This document shows, one piece after another, positions 55,495 through 64,000 of a stretch of DNA of 64,000 nucleotides. The DNA comes from a virus (lineage: Duplodnaviria > Caudoviricetes). The position numbers and the translations under genes are program-made. Under the pieces are notes generated by a model. It saw only the letters and a list, made by a program, of their open reading frames with translations. It had not been told where the DNA came from and ran no database searches. How positions within the stretch are numbered: the stretch's first letter is position 1; each line of letters starts with the position of its first letter. The DNA lies in IMG/VR virus record IMGVR_UViG_3300005937_000199, positions 8,950-72,949 of that record; one strand, written 5' to 3'.

Positions 55495-56619
55495 GTGCCG
55501 ACACGTGCTAAGCGCCCCGCGCGCCAGCAACCGAGGGACGAAGGACTCAAGCTGGACGAGGCCCACGCCCTCGCAGTTCTCGACAAGGCCGTCGAGTACG
55601 AGGTCATCGAGGAAGACGCCGTTCCCGATGACAAGCGGAAGCGCATCAGCGCTGCCACGCAGCAGATCGACATGCTGATCGAGGCGTGGACCAAGGGCGG
55701 GATCAACCCCTACTCGGACGACTCCGAGAAGGCCGAGATGGGCAAGGCCATCCAGGACATCCTGGACCTGGCCGGGGTCGAGATCGATGAGGAGGGTGAG
55801 GTCACCTTCGGCCCGCTCCCCGAACTGGAGGAGGGCGAGCCGGATGCCAGCGGGGGTGGCGAGGGCGAAGCCGCCGTGGACATCGAGGACATCATCGAGG
55901 GCTACGCCGAACTGACCGCCGCCAGCCGGTGCAAGGCCATCGACGCGCTCGAACTCGACATGAACGATGACGACGACTACAACAAGGCCGTTGCCATCTA
56001 CGAGTGGGAGGAGGCGCAGGAGAAGCCGTCGTCCCGCGTGCTCAACTTCCTGGACGAGATCCTGCCCCAGCAGGGCGAGGAAGGGGCCGAGGGCGGCGAC
56101 GAGAGCGCCGAGGAGGCCGGGGACGGCGACGGCGAGGAGCAGCCGTGGGAGCAGCCCTGGACGAAGAAGGACGGGGCACCTGCCGACTACGAGAAGATGA
56201 CGGCGGTCAACGTCAAGGAGTACCTTGACAAGATGCTTGCCAGGGACGAGTTGTCGGTCGAGATGCTGGACTACGTGGCCGACTACGAGGAGCAGCGCAA
56301 GCAGCAGACGCGCTCGCGCATCATGGACCACATCAACAAGCTCCGTGGCGAGATCGGCGGCGAGGCCCCGGCCGAGGAGGAGGCCCCGCGTTCGGCTCGC
56401 CCGACCGCCACGCAGCGCTCGCGCAGCGGCGGACGGCTCAGCGGCCTGAGCCAGCAGGAGGAGGAGCCGGAGCCGAGTGCCAACGGGACTGGCGTCTTCA
56501 TCGTCAGCGGCGGCGACGAGGACTCCGAGGTCACGGCGTACGGCTACTTCCAGGCGTCCGGCACGGTGGCCGACCTGCTGATGCAGGGCTACACCGAGGT
56601 CACGGTCACGGCTGGCTGA
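55495..56619 (+). CDS. highly acidic hypothetical protein
   Basis: GAGGAGG RBS; very strong GC3 bias suggests high expression. Confidence 0.85.
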   Translation: MPTRAKRPARQQPRDEGLKLDEAHALAVLDKAVEYEVIEEDAVPDDKRKRISAATQQIDMLIEAWTKGGINPYSDDSEKAEMGKAIQDILDLAGVEIDEEGEVTFGPLPELEEGEPDASGGGEGEAAVDIEDIIEGYAELTAASRCKAIDALELDMNDDDDYNKAVAIYEWEEAQEKPSSRVLNFLDEILPQQGEEGAEGGDESAEEAGDGDGEEQPWEQPWTKKDGAPADYEKMTAVNVKEYLDKMLARDELSVEMLDYVADYEEQRKQQTRSRIMDHINKLRGEIGGEAPAEEEAPRSARPTATQRSRSGGRLSGLSQQEEEPEPSANGTGVFIVSGGDEDSEVTAYGYFQASGTVADLLMQGYTEVTVTAG

Positions 56620-57293
56620 TGGCCCCTCCGAGGCGTCCCGCTGGGAAGGCCCCTGCTCGCTCTGCGCGGGCGGGGGCTGCCTCGTCTCAGGGTCGGGATG
56701 AACTGGACGAGGCGGCGCTGCTGAAGGCAGTGCCAGGTGGTCTGGCCACGGCATTCGTCAATGCCAGGCTGCATGACAAGGCCCTTCAGGTTGCAGGGCT
56801 GGGCGAGCCGGGAGACTGGGACGGCGACATGCCGGAGCTTCCCGAGGACATCGCCAAGGAGGATCACGACTCCCTCAGCAACCTGCTCGCTGCCTTCGCC
56901 TCGTGCCTCAGTACGGCCACTTGGTACGCCACGAAGGCACGCATCGAGAAGGTCTTCTACGACCAGATCGTGGAGTACGTCGAGTCGGTTGCCATTCTGG
57001 AGTCGCAGGAGAGCAACGAGCAGAAGCGCAAGGCGGACGCAGCTACCAATGAGGCTGTTGTGTCAGCCAAGGCGCTGGCTGCCGTGGCGCAGGCGGCGAT
57101 GTACCGCTTCCAGTCGATGGCCAGCGACCTGAAGCTCAAGCACGCCACCGTCAGCCGTGTCGGCGGCTTCGTCGGGGACGACACAGAGGCCGAGGATCAG
57201 CTTGGTGCTCCGCGTGCCTCAACCCGTGGCTCGTCGGCCGGTAGCTCGGCTGGCAGCGAGCGCAGGCGTCGGCCGCAGCGAGGGCGACGTTGA
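56619..57293 (+). CDS. hypothetical protein
   Basis: TGATG-coupled start; helical core. Confidence 0.8.
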   Translation: MAPPRRPAGKAPARSARAGAASSQGRDELDEAALLKAVPGGLATAFVNARLHDKALQVAGLGEPGDWDGDMPELPEDIAKEDHDSLSNLLAAFASCLSTATWYATKARIEKVFYDQIVEYVESVAILESQESNEQKRKADAATNEAVVSAKALAAVAQAAMYRFQSMASDLKLKHATVSRVGGFVGDDTEAEDQLGAPRASTRGSSAGSSAGSERRRRPQRGRR

Positions 57294-57296
57294 CCC

Positions 57297-57578
57297 ATGA
57301 TCGGCTACCAGGAGCTAGACGACGCTCGTAGTGAGGTGATGCGGCTCAGCCGCCGTCGCTACTCCCAGTACAAGGCGCTTGACACCACTGGCCCGTCTGT
57401 AGAGGCGGGCCTTTTGGTCGTTGAGTTCGAGGTTGCTGGGGCCAGAGAGTTCGCACAAGAGGTCATGCAAGCCAACCTGCTACGAATCCACGAGTCGAGA
57501 GGGAGCTATCGCGCCAGCTTGTTCGCGGCCTGCTACATGAGCGGGATGACCACCGGGGCGATGGCGGTGATGGAATGA
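57297..57578 (+). CDS. hypothetical protein
   Basis: Operon context. Confidence 0.65.
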   Translation: MIGYQELDDARSEVMRLSRRRYSQYKALDTTGPSVEAGLLVVEFEVAGAREFAQEVMQANLLRIHESRGSYRASLFAACYMSGMTTGAMAVME

Positions 57579-57841
57579 CCTGCCCACCTGTTCAAACCGC
57601 AAACAGCATCTACAGCAACATGGACAATGAGCTTGATGATGATGTTGCTGAGTTCCTGAAGGCTCATCCGAATCGGTTCTGCGCTCACCATGCTGCTTGG
57701 GACTTCTCAGGCAATATCTGGTGGGATGGCACGCAGTGGTGGGAGGAGGTCTGGCAGTACAAGGTGGTCGTGGCCACATGCTCCAGCCCTGAATTGCTGA
57801 CGCTGATCCACCACGTCAACGACGAGTTCGGCTGGAAGTGA
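57575..57841 (+). CDS. Trp-rich hypothetical protein
   Basis: ATGA overlap; HAAWDFSGNIWWDGTQWWEEVW. Confidence 0.7.
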   Translation: MTCPPVQTANSIYSNMDNELDDDVAEFLKAHPNRFCAHHAAWDFSGNIWWDGTQWWEEVWQYKVVVATCSSPELLTLIHHVNDEFGWK

Positions 57842-57842
57842 T

Positions 57843-58328
57843 ATGCGCGCGGTTGGCATTGACATCGCCAAGGTGGAGTACAGTGCCGCCGCGCTCGCAG
57901 TGGATGGCAGGCCAGTTGCCGTAGCGACGTGGCGCAACAAGCGCAAGCAGGAGAGCGAGGCGGTTCAACTCGAACTCTTCTACAACTGGCTTGTCATGTA
58001 TATGGGCCTGTTCAAGCCCGACATCGTGGCGGTCGAGGAACTTGCAGTGTTCATGAACAAGAAGGTGATCAGGACGCTCAGTCGGCGTGAGGGCGTGGCT
58101 ATCCTGGCTGCCAAGCGCCACGGTGGCATCGTCCTCTCTCCCAGTGTAGGATCTTCCCGTAATGTGACGTTGGGGATTCCAGCTAACAGTAGCAAGGAAG
58201 TTGCCTGGGAGGCGGTTCGCGTGATGTATCCAGACTTCAAGTTTGCTAATTCCAACCAAGGTGGCATGGATCAGGGCGATGCACTCGTGCACGCACTGGC
58301 TGCGCCCGTTCTGCTTGAACGGCGGTGA
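57843..58328 (+). CDS. RuvC-like Holliday junction resolvase
   Basis: AVGIDIA, DIVAVEE and DQGDAL acidic motifs. Confidence 0.8.
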   Translation: MRAVGIDIAKVEYSAAALAVDGRPVAVATWRNKRKQESEAVQLELFYNWLVMYMGLFKPDIVAVEELAVFMNKKVIRTLSRREGVAILAAKRHGGIVLSPSVGSSRNVTLGIPANSSKEVAWEAVRVMYPDFKFANSNQGGMDQGDALVHALAAPVLLERR

Positions 58329-59014
58329 GTCTCACCCGTCGCGAGCAGTTTGAGATTGCTCAGCGACTTCGTACAGACGGCGGTGGTGGCGAGGGCCTGA
58401 CGCTCGCTGCCATTGCCAGGGAGATGGGTGTTTCTGTCTCGTATGTCGGGGCGTTGCTGACTGACCCGACCGGCGAGAAGGAACGCGCTCGCAAACGCAA
58501 GTACCTGAAGCGTTGCAAGGAGCCTGGCTGTGGCAAGCTCTGCCATGGCAAATACTGCAAGGACCACGGTAGCAAGGCGCATGGCTTGAAGCGCCGGAAG
58601 TGGTCCGAGGAGATGATCATTGAGGCGATTCAGGAGTGGGAGATCATCCATGGCATCCCACCTACCAGTAACGAGTGGGCGACTCGTGGCAATCTGCCGG
58701 AGTGGGTTCCTACCACCGGGGTTGTCTATCGGGTGTTCGGCAAGCATGGTTGGAACAAGGCGATGGAGGCAGCCGGGTTTACACCACGCCCTGCTCAGTT
58801 CCCTGAGTGGCACGTTCAGTTGGAGGCCGGTAGACAGCATCGGACGATGGGTCCAGAGGTCCGTGAGCGCATGTCTGAGGAGCGCAAAGCGCTCTACGCA
58901 GAGAATCCTGACCATCCAATGTTCAGTGGCTTGAAGGAAGGCTGGGATCTACGCTTCCACCAGCGCGAGCGCCGTGGCAGGCAACTAGACGCCAGGCAGG
59001 TTCCACGGAAGTAG
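58325..59014 (+). CDS. HTH / Zn-finger / homing-endonuclease-associated-repeat protein
   Basis: LTLAAIAREMGVSVSYV HTH; CKEPGC...CHGKYCKDH; WSEEMIIEAI...HGIPPT...FG...WNKAMEAAG repeat unit. Confidence 0.65.
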   Translation: MSLTRREQFEIAQRLRTDGGGGEGLTLAAIAREMGVSVSYVGALLTDPTGEKERARKRKYLKRCKEPGCGKLCHGKYCKDHGSKAHGLKRRKWSEEMIIEAIQEWEIIHGIPPTSNEWATRGNLPEWVPTTGVVYRVFGKHGWNKAMEAAGFTPRPAQFPEWHVQLEAGRQHRTMGPEVRERMSEERKALYAENPDHPMFSGLKEGWDLRFHQRERRGRQLDARQVPRK

Positions 59015-59029
59015 GTACAATGCAGCAGC

Positions 59030-59851
59030 ATGGCAGCGGATCTGGCACCGCAAGACCCTGACAGGGTGGAGAGCATCGGCCTGACGCCGACGCAGATCAA
59101 CGCGCTGGAGAACCTGCACCGCCTAGGCGCGCGGCCCCGTGCCAGCGCCGACGAGAAGTACGACTCAGACCCGCAGGTCCGCGCCCTCCAGATGGTCTAC
59201 GAGGGCAAGTTCGGTGGCGGTCCTCGTAGCCGCGACCGGCAGGAGCGGATCTCAGTTGGGTTGACACAGCACGTCCGCAACAACCTCTCCAAGAAGGTGC
59301 TGCGAGCGCTGGAGCGGGCGCTCAAGCCGGACGCCGGAGAGCGCGTCAATCTCGACGCTATCAAGCTGATTACCACGATTGAGAATCAGGAGGCCAGACT
59401 CCAACTCAGTGAGGATCAGCTTGATCTCGATAACAAGTCGAAGGACGAACTGCTGGCGGTCCTCTTCCAGCTTGTTCAAGACGCACAGACAGGAGCAGTG
59501 ATCGATGCCGCCTTCCGTGACATCCCGGTCGCGAAGCCCCCGTCGGAGGAACGTCTCCTTGCGCTCGATTCACGAGCACGTGAAGCCTCGGCCCAACGGG
59601 ATGAGGCCCGTAGACGCCGAGCGAATCACGGCGGACGACCTGCATCCGTTGTTGCGAGCCGCGAACGCGACCGAGATACATCCAGTGCTGCTGCAAATGG
59701 GGTTGACACTGGAAGTTCTGGATCGAATGGACGAGACGACGCTGAGGGAGATCGTTCGGAGCGTCCAGGTTCTATCTCGGAAGCTACGCTACGACGGGCC
59801 GCAGAACGACGACGAGCTTCACGAGTGGGTAAAGCAGAATCTCCACGTTGA
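59030..59851 (+). CDS. probable terminase small subunit
   Basis: Directly upstream of and overlapping the large subunit gene; TACAAT -10 box at 59016. Confidence 0.5.
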   Translation: MAADLAPQDPDRVESIGLTPTQINALENLHRLGARPRASADEKYDSDPQVRALQMVYEGKFGGGPRSRDRQERISVGLTQHVRNNLSKKVLRALERALKPDAGERVNLDAIKLITTIENQEARLQLSEDQLDLDNKSKDELLAVLFQLVQDAQTGAVIDAAFRDIPVAKPPSEERLLALDSRAREASAQRDEARRRRANHGGRPASVVASRERDRDTSSAAANGVDTGSSGSNGRDDAEGDRSERPGSISEATLRRAAERRRASRVGKAESPR

Positions 59852-61631
59852 CATCCCACGTGTCGCGGTCTGCCCGGACCACGTAGCACCCTTCACCTTC
59901 CTCGCTGATCTCTACTTCGAGCGCACGTCAGCCGCGCTCGCGCTTGCCAATCGTGGTGGCAGCAAGACGTTCATCGTCGCCTGCCTGCACTTCCTCAACT
60001 CAACCTACAAACCCGGTTGCGAGTCGATGTCGTTCGGCGCGACTGAGGGTCAGGGCCAGCGCTGCTATCAGCACATCGAGGACTGGTGCTACAAGCGCGA
60101 CGAGGAGACAGGCCGACGTACAAACGTCGTCAAGGACTTCATTCAGGACAAGCCGCTGAAGTCCCACACGCTGTGGAAGACCGGCTCGCGTGTGGAGGTC
60201 GTTGCCGGTTCTGAGAACGCCGTCTCAGGCCCGCACCCTGCCAAGGCACATGCCGACGAGATCGACATGATGGAGGAGCCGGTCTGGAACCAGTCCCGTG
60301 GTATGGCAGTGTCGCTCCCGGCCAAGGGTCCACTGCCAACCTTCATGGCACACTTCCATGGCGTGATTCCTCCGCAGGACATCGCCACCAGCACCAGGAA
60401 CTCGACCAAGGGCCGGATGCAGACGATCCTGGACGAGATCTTCGATGATATCAAGGCGGGTGACATTCCGCAGTTTGATGTCTACGTGTGGTGCATTTGG
60501 GAGACGGTCGCTGAGGTCCCCAACTGCCAGTGCGCGCCGGAGGCCGAGCGCAGGGCACGGCTCGAACAGCTTGGACTCGACCCCGATAGCAAGTGTGAGT
60601 GTCATCGTGTGGCCAAGGGCCTGTGGGGCATGGATGCTCCGGCAAGCCACTTGGTAGGGGAGCGCCGCCGACTGATCCACGTCTGCGCCATCTACGACGC
60701 CAGCGACCCCACGAATGTCAAGCCGATTGACGGTAAGGCGTTCCACTCACGGGGCTGGAAGCCGTACGTCGATCTGCTCCGAACCTTCAAGCGCAACACG
60801 CCTGGCACTTGGGTGCTTCAGCATGAGTGCCGGGAGGGGCGGGACGAGAACGTCTACATCCCGAACTGGTCACTCGGTGAGTACGGGATCAGGCACTACG
60901 AGCCGCACCCACTCTACGGTCCCATCTACATGGGCGTGGACTGGGGCACTGACCACCCGGCTTGTGTTCTGTGGTTCCAGTATTTGACATGTGAGGTGCC
61001 AGCGCTCGACTTCGAGTACCAGCAGATCTGGCTCCAACCGGGCGGATACGTGCTGTTCAAGGAGATTTACGTTGCTGGAATCTCGACCGAAACTCTTGCC
61101 CAGCGAGTTGTCAACCAAGAGCAGATCTTCCGCGATACCTACGGTCCTGCTTGGATGGTCAAGGGCCGTTTCTGCGACCCCGCAGGGGCCGGAGATCGGC
61201 TCACCTTCGCCAATTACGGGCTGAAGTCGTCCTGGCCCTACAAGACGCGCAACAAGGCGCGTATGATTGAGACGGTTCAGAACCTCGTGATCGATGACAT
61301 GTTCGCGGTCGATGTCGAGTGCGAGATGTTCTGCGAAGAAGTTGAGATCTGGCAGAAGAACCCCAAGACCGACAAGGAACTTGACAAGTTCAACCACGCA
61401 ATGGCTGCCTGGCGCTACGGCATCAGCAATGCCGAGGTGTTGGAGTCGGCCAAGCGTAAGAAGCTGGGTGGCAATCAGCCTACCGTCCAGAGCGGCAGAA
61501 GAGATCGCAAGTTGATTGTCGTATCAGCAACCCAGCGTGCCCCAGTTGCCGAGTACCAGCGCAACTACGGAAGCGTTGCGTTCAGTGGGGGCACTCAAGT
61601 CCATATGGACCCGAGGTTCATGATCAGATGA
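59697..61631 (+). CDS. terL: terminase large subunit; start uncertain (59697 or 59727)
   Basis: ANRGGSKT Walker A, AHADEID Walker B, ATST motif III; nuclease MGVDWG and FCDPAG; followed by the portal gene. Confidence 0.9.
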   Translation: MGLTLEVLDRMDETTLREIVRSVQVLSRKLRYDGPQNDDELHEWVKQNLHVDIPRVAVCPDHVAPFTFLADLYFERTSAALALANRGGSKTFIVACLHFLNSTYKPGCESMSFGATEGQGQRCYQHIEDWCYKRDEETGRRTNVVKDFIQDKPLKSHTLWKTGSRVEVVAGSENAVSGPHPAKAHADEIDMMEEPVWNQSRGMAVSLPAKGPLPTFMAHFHGVIPPQDIATSTRNSTKGRMQTILDEIFDDIKAGDIPQFDVYVWCIWETVAEVPNCQCAPEAERRARLEQLGLDPDSKCECHRVAKGLWGMDAPASHLVGERRRLIHVCAIYDASDPTNVKPIDGKAFHSRGWKPYVDLLRTFKRNTPGTWVLQHECREGRDENVYIPNWSLGEYGIRHYEPHPLYGPIYMGVDWGTDHPACVLWFQYLTCEVPALDFEYQQIWLQPGGYVLFKEIYVAGISTETLAQRVVNQEQIFRDTYGPAWMVKGRFCDPAGAGDRLTFANYGLKSSWPYKTRNKARMIETVQNLVIDDMFAVDVECEMFCEEVEIWQKNPKTDKELDKFNHAMAAWRYGISNAEVLESAKRKKLGGNQPTVQSGRRDRKLIVVSATQRAPVAEYQRNYGSVAFSGGTQVHMDPRFMIR

Positions 61632-61648
61632 CAATGAGGTAGACACCT

Positions 61649-64000
61649 ATGCCGACAACTGCAACCAAGCGAGGATCAGGAGGAGTCTCAGGTCCTTCGT
61701 CAGCCGACATGGCAAGTTCCAAGATCGAGACTACGGTCGCTGATCCCAAGGAACTGGAGAAGATGAAGAAAAGTGTGCTCGGGCCGGAACAGGCTCCTGC
61801 GCTCTCTGAGATGACGCCAGATCAGAACGCCTGGACTCAGTTCCGGGACCAGCTTGGCCCGCCGTTTGACAGCGAGCGTGTCACGATGACCCAGTGCCGT
61901 CAGATCCGTAAGGACCCGATGGTCGCGTTCGGTCTGCACTACCTCAAGGTGCCGCTGGCGAGAGCCGAGTGGCACATCGACGCCCACGACAAGAACGGCC
62001 CGAACCCGCAGATCGCCGCCTTCGTGGACGCCTGCCTGCGCAAGATCTACGCCAGGTTCATCCTGCAAAGGAGCTTGGCAAAGGACTTTGGCTACCAGGG
62101 GATCACCAAGCGCTTCATTTGGGAGAATCCCGGTGGCTTCTACATCGACCCGGAGGCGACCGACCCGACCAAGCAGTTGAAGCCTGCTTGGGATGAGGGC
62201 GAGGTGCTGCCGATCATCTGGAAGCAGCCGGTGGCGCTGCGGCCGGAGACGACGCTGCCGACGTTCGATGAGAAGACCGGTGAGTTCACCGGCATCGCCT
62301 ACACGGCCCCGCAGGGTGTCGGTCGGCGCAAGTCGAGCGGTGGCAAGCAGGGTGGCAAGGCCCAAGGCGTGCAGGAGTACGACATCTACCACTCGTACTG
62401 GGCTGCCAACATGAAGGACGACGAGCACGGCTCAATGTACGGCTACCCGCTCGTTGGCTTCGCCCGCGACTACTGGTGGGCGTACCGCTTCCTGTTCATG
62501 ATGTCCAACCGGGCTTACGAACGGCTGGCCATCCCGCCCGTCCTCGCCTACCACCCGGAGGGCAGCACCCTTGTCGATACCGAGACGCAGGAGATGCGTC
62601 CGAACTGGGAGATTGCCCTGGAGGCTGCGGAGCGACTGCGTAGTAATGCGGTTGCTGCCGTTCCCAGCACCATGGCGACCGCAGGACTCGATGCCTCTGC
62701 CACTCAACGAGAGTGGGACTTCAAGTTCATGGAGACGCCGTACGAGGCGCTGACGGTCTTCAACGAGCGCTTCAACTACCTGAACGTGATGAAGCTGCGC
62801 TCGGTGTGGGTGCCCGAGCTTGCCTTCATCGGTAACGGCGTCGGTGGCAACTCGGCTGGCAACATCGCAGAGCAGATGGCCGAGATGCTGGTCGAGTCGC
62901 AGGCGCTCGACATGGACGAGATCGATGAGGACATCAATCGGCTGTGGATTCCCCAGCTACTCGTCCTCAACTTCCCGGACTTCATCAACAACGGCGGCGT
63001 GGCCAAGAAGGTGTCGCACGGCTTCCGCAAGGAGGACGTGGAGTTCTACAAGCAGATCATCCAGCTACTCGGTCAGACGAATCCCAACCTGCTTGCGCAG
63101 GTCGATCTGGTCGAGATCTTCCGCCGCATCGGGACGCCGCTGAAGTCGCCGGACGCACTGGAAGCGGAGCGCAACCGACTTGCCACTCAGTTGGCAGCGG
63201 GCGCGGCCCCTGGTGTCGAACCGGCGCGCGGTGGCCTCGGCATCGTTCGCAACCCGGCTGCCAATGCGGGTGTCACCAACGGTGGCTCCTCCCCCAACCC
63301 CACGCCGTTCCTCAACGGCAACTCGGCGCTCGGCTTCGAGCAGCCGCAGATGGTCTATGTGTACGGCGGCGAGACGTACTCGGTCGCGGCGCAGTTCGCG
63401 GACGGCGACACCGACGAGTTCCTTGCCAACCTGCCTACCAGCAAGCACTACCAGGACAAGGCGATCCGAGCGCTGATGCTGCAACTGCGGCGGCTGTGGC
63501 TCGGCTACTACCGCAACCTCTTCCCGGAGTTCGCTGCTCACGTCGGCAGCGCTAAACTCGAACTGGCCGATCTCGAACTGAGCGACGAGGAGGTCTACGA
63601 TGGGCCGCTGCTGTCCATCATGTTCGCCAACGGCAATAGCCGCCAGGACAAGGCTCGCCGTGTCACTGCCAAGGTGGCTGACAAGACGGCTCGCTTGCTC
63701 CTGCGTACGTGGGGTCAGTCATCTGAGACGCTGGATGAGCTACGAGATCGCTCCAAGGCAATTCTGAAGAAGGTGCTCGACCGCCAGGTCTTCCTGGACC
63801 TGCACAAGACCAACCTCAAGGCCGACATGGATGCCAAGGCCGATGACATCGAGGACTTCCTCAACAACCAGGTTGGCAGGCTGATCCGGCTCACCCATCG
63901 GACGGTGCGCGACGAGCTTCGCGCCTTCCTGACGGATCAGATCAGGGAGGGCAAGACGGCTGACGAGATCGCGGACGAGATCCGTGCCCACTTCACTGGC
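61649..64000 (+). CDS. portal protein (Mu gp29/DUF935-like) fused to a MuF-like domain; truncated at window end
   Basis: GAGGT RBS; frame open to the window end. GSMYGYPLV...AYERLAIPPVLAYHP portal motif; ends ...TVRDELRAFLTDQIREGKTADEIADEIRAHFTG, a MuF-like pattern. Confidence 0.82.
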   Translation, partial: MPTTATKRGSGGVSGPSSADMASSKIETTVADPKELEKMKKSVLGPEQAPALSEMTPDQNAWTQFRDQLGPPFDSERVTMTQCRQIRKDPMVAFGLHYLKVPLARAEWHIDAHDKNGPNPQIAAFVDACLRKIYARFILQRSLAKDFGYQGITKRFIWENPGGFYIDPEATDPTKQLKPAWDEGEVLPIIWKQPVALRPETTLPTFDEKTGEFTGIAYTAPQGVGRRKSSGGKQGGKAQGVQEYDIYHSYWAANMKDDEHGSMYGYPLVGFARDYWWAYRFLFMMSNRAYERLAIPPVLAYHPEGSTLVDTETQEMRPNWEIALEAAERLRSNAVAAVPSTMATAGLDASATQREWDFKFMETPYEALTVFNERFNYLNVMKLRSVWVPELAFIGNGVGGNSAGNIAEQMAEMLVESQALDMDEIDEDINRLWIPQLLVLNFPDFINNGGVAKKVSHGFRKEDVEFYKQIIQLLGQTNPNLLAQVDLVEIFRRIGTPLKSPDALEAERNRLATQLAAGAAPGVEPARGGLGIVRNPAANAGVTNGGSSPNPTPFLNGNSALGFEQPQMVYVYGGETYSVAAQFADGDTDEFLANLPTSKHYQDKAIRALMLQLRRLWLGYYRNLFPEFAAHVGSAKLELADLELSDEEVYDGPLLSIMFANGNSRQDKARRVTAKVADKTARLLLRTWGQSSETLDELRDRSKAILKKVLDRQVFLDLHKTNLKADMDAKADDIEDFLNNQVGRLIRLTHRTVRDELRAFLTDQIREGKTADEIADEIRAHFTG

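Noticed and set aside
60480-60780. Intein in the TerL insertion (also considered for the DnaE and RecA insertions)
   Set aside because: No C/S...HN-C/S/T splice junctions or LAGLIDADG blocks; the insertions are short and Cys-rich or helical.
1-64000. tRNA, tmRNA, integrase or attP
   Set aside because: No cloverleaf with D and T loops and no recombinase motifs recognised by eye; tRNAscan/ARAGORN was not run, so small RNAs could have been missed.

Overview
The window is most of a high-GC tailed phage genome with siphovirus-type architecture. The host is probably an actinomycete (inference from the Rpf gene, TANNNT -10 boxes and leaderless starts). Almost all genes are on the + strand. Gene order: (1) 1-3.9 kb, a cluster of small accessory genes, including a GGQ-less release-factor-like protein, a LuxR-type HTH and an inverted, secreted Rpf-type lytic transglycosylase; (2) 3.9-12 kb, head protease, scaffold, decoration protein, major capsid, head-tail joining proteins, major tail protein and a tail chaperone with a -1 slippery site; (3) 12.4-34.8 kb, a 2578-aa tape measure with M15-like peptidase and SLT domains, a collar fibre, an expanded Dit, a hub protein and a 2431-aa modular collagen fibre; (4) 34.8-35.7 kb, membrane genes with no recognisable endolysin; (5) 36.5-59 kb, replication and recombination genes (SF2 helicase, RNase H, DnaB-like helicase, NADAR, primase, gp32-like SSB, dNMP kinase, ThyX, DnaE, RecA, LAGLIDADG endonuclease, Cas4-like exonuclease, RuvC-like resolvase); (6) 59-64 kb, terminase and a portal fused to a MuF-like domain that runs off the end. 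I saw no integrase, tRNA, CRISPR array or reverse transcriptase. The strongest signal the genes do not explain is the palindrome TTGNCAA, found at least 66 times by eye (about 1 per kb, versus about 7 expected from base composition). Its half-site TGACAA is also fused to the ribosome-binding sites of structural genes. All protein calls come from motif recognition only; no database searches were run.
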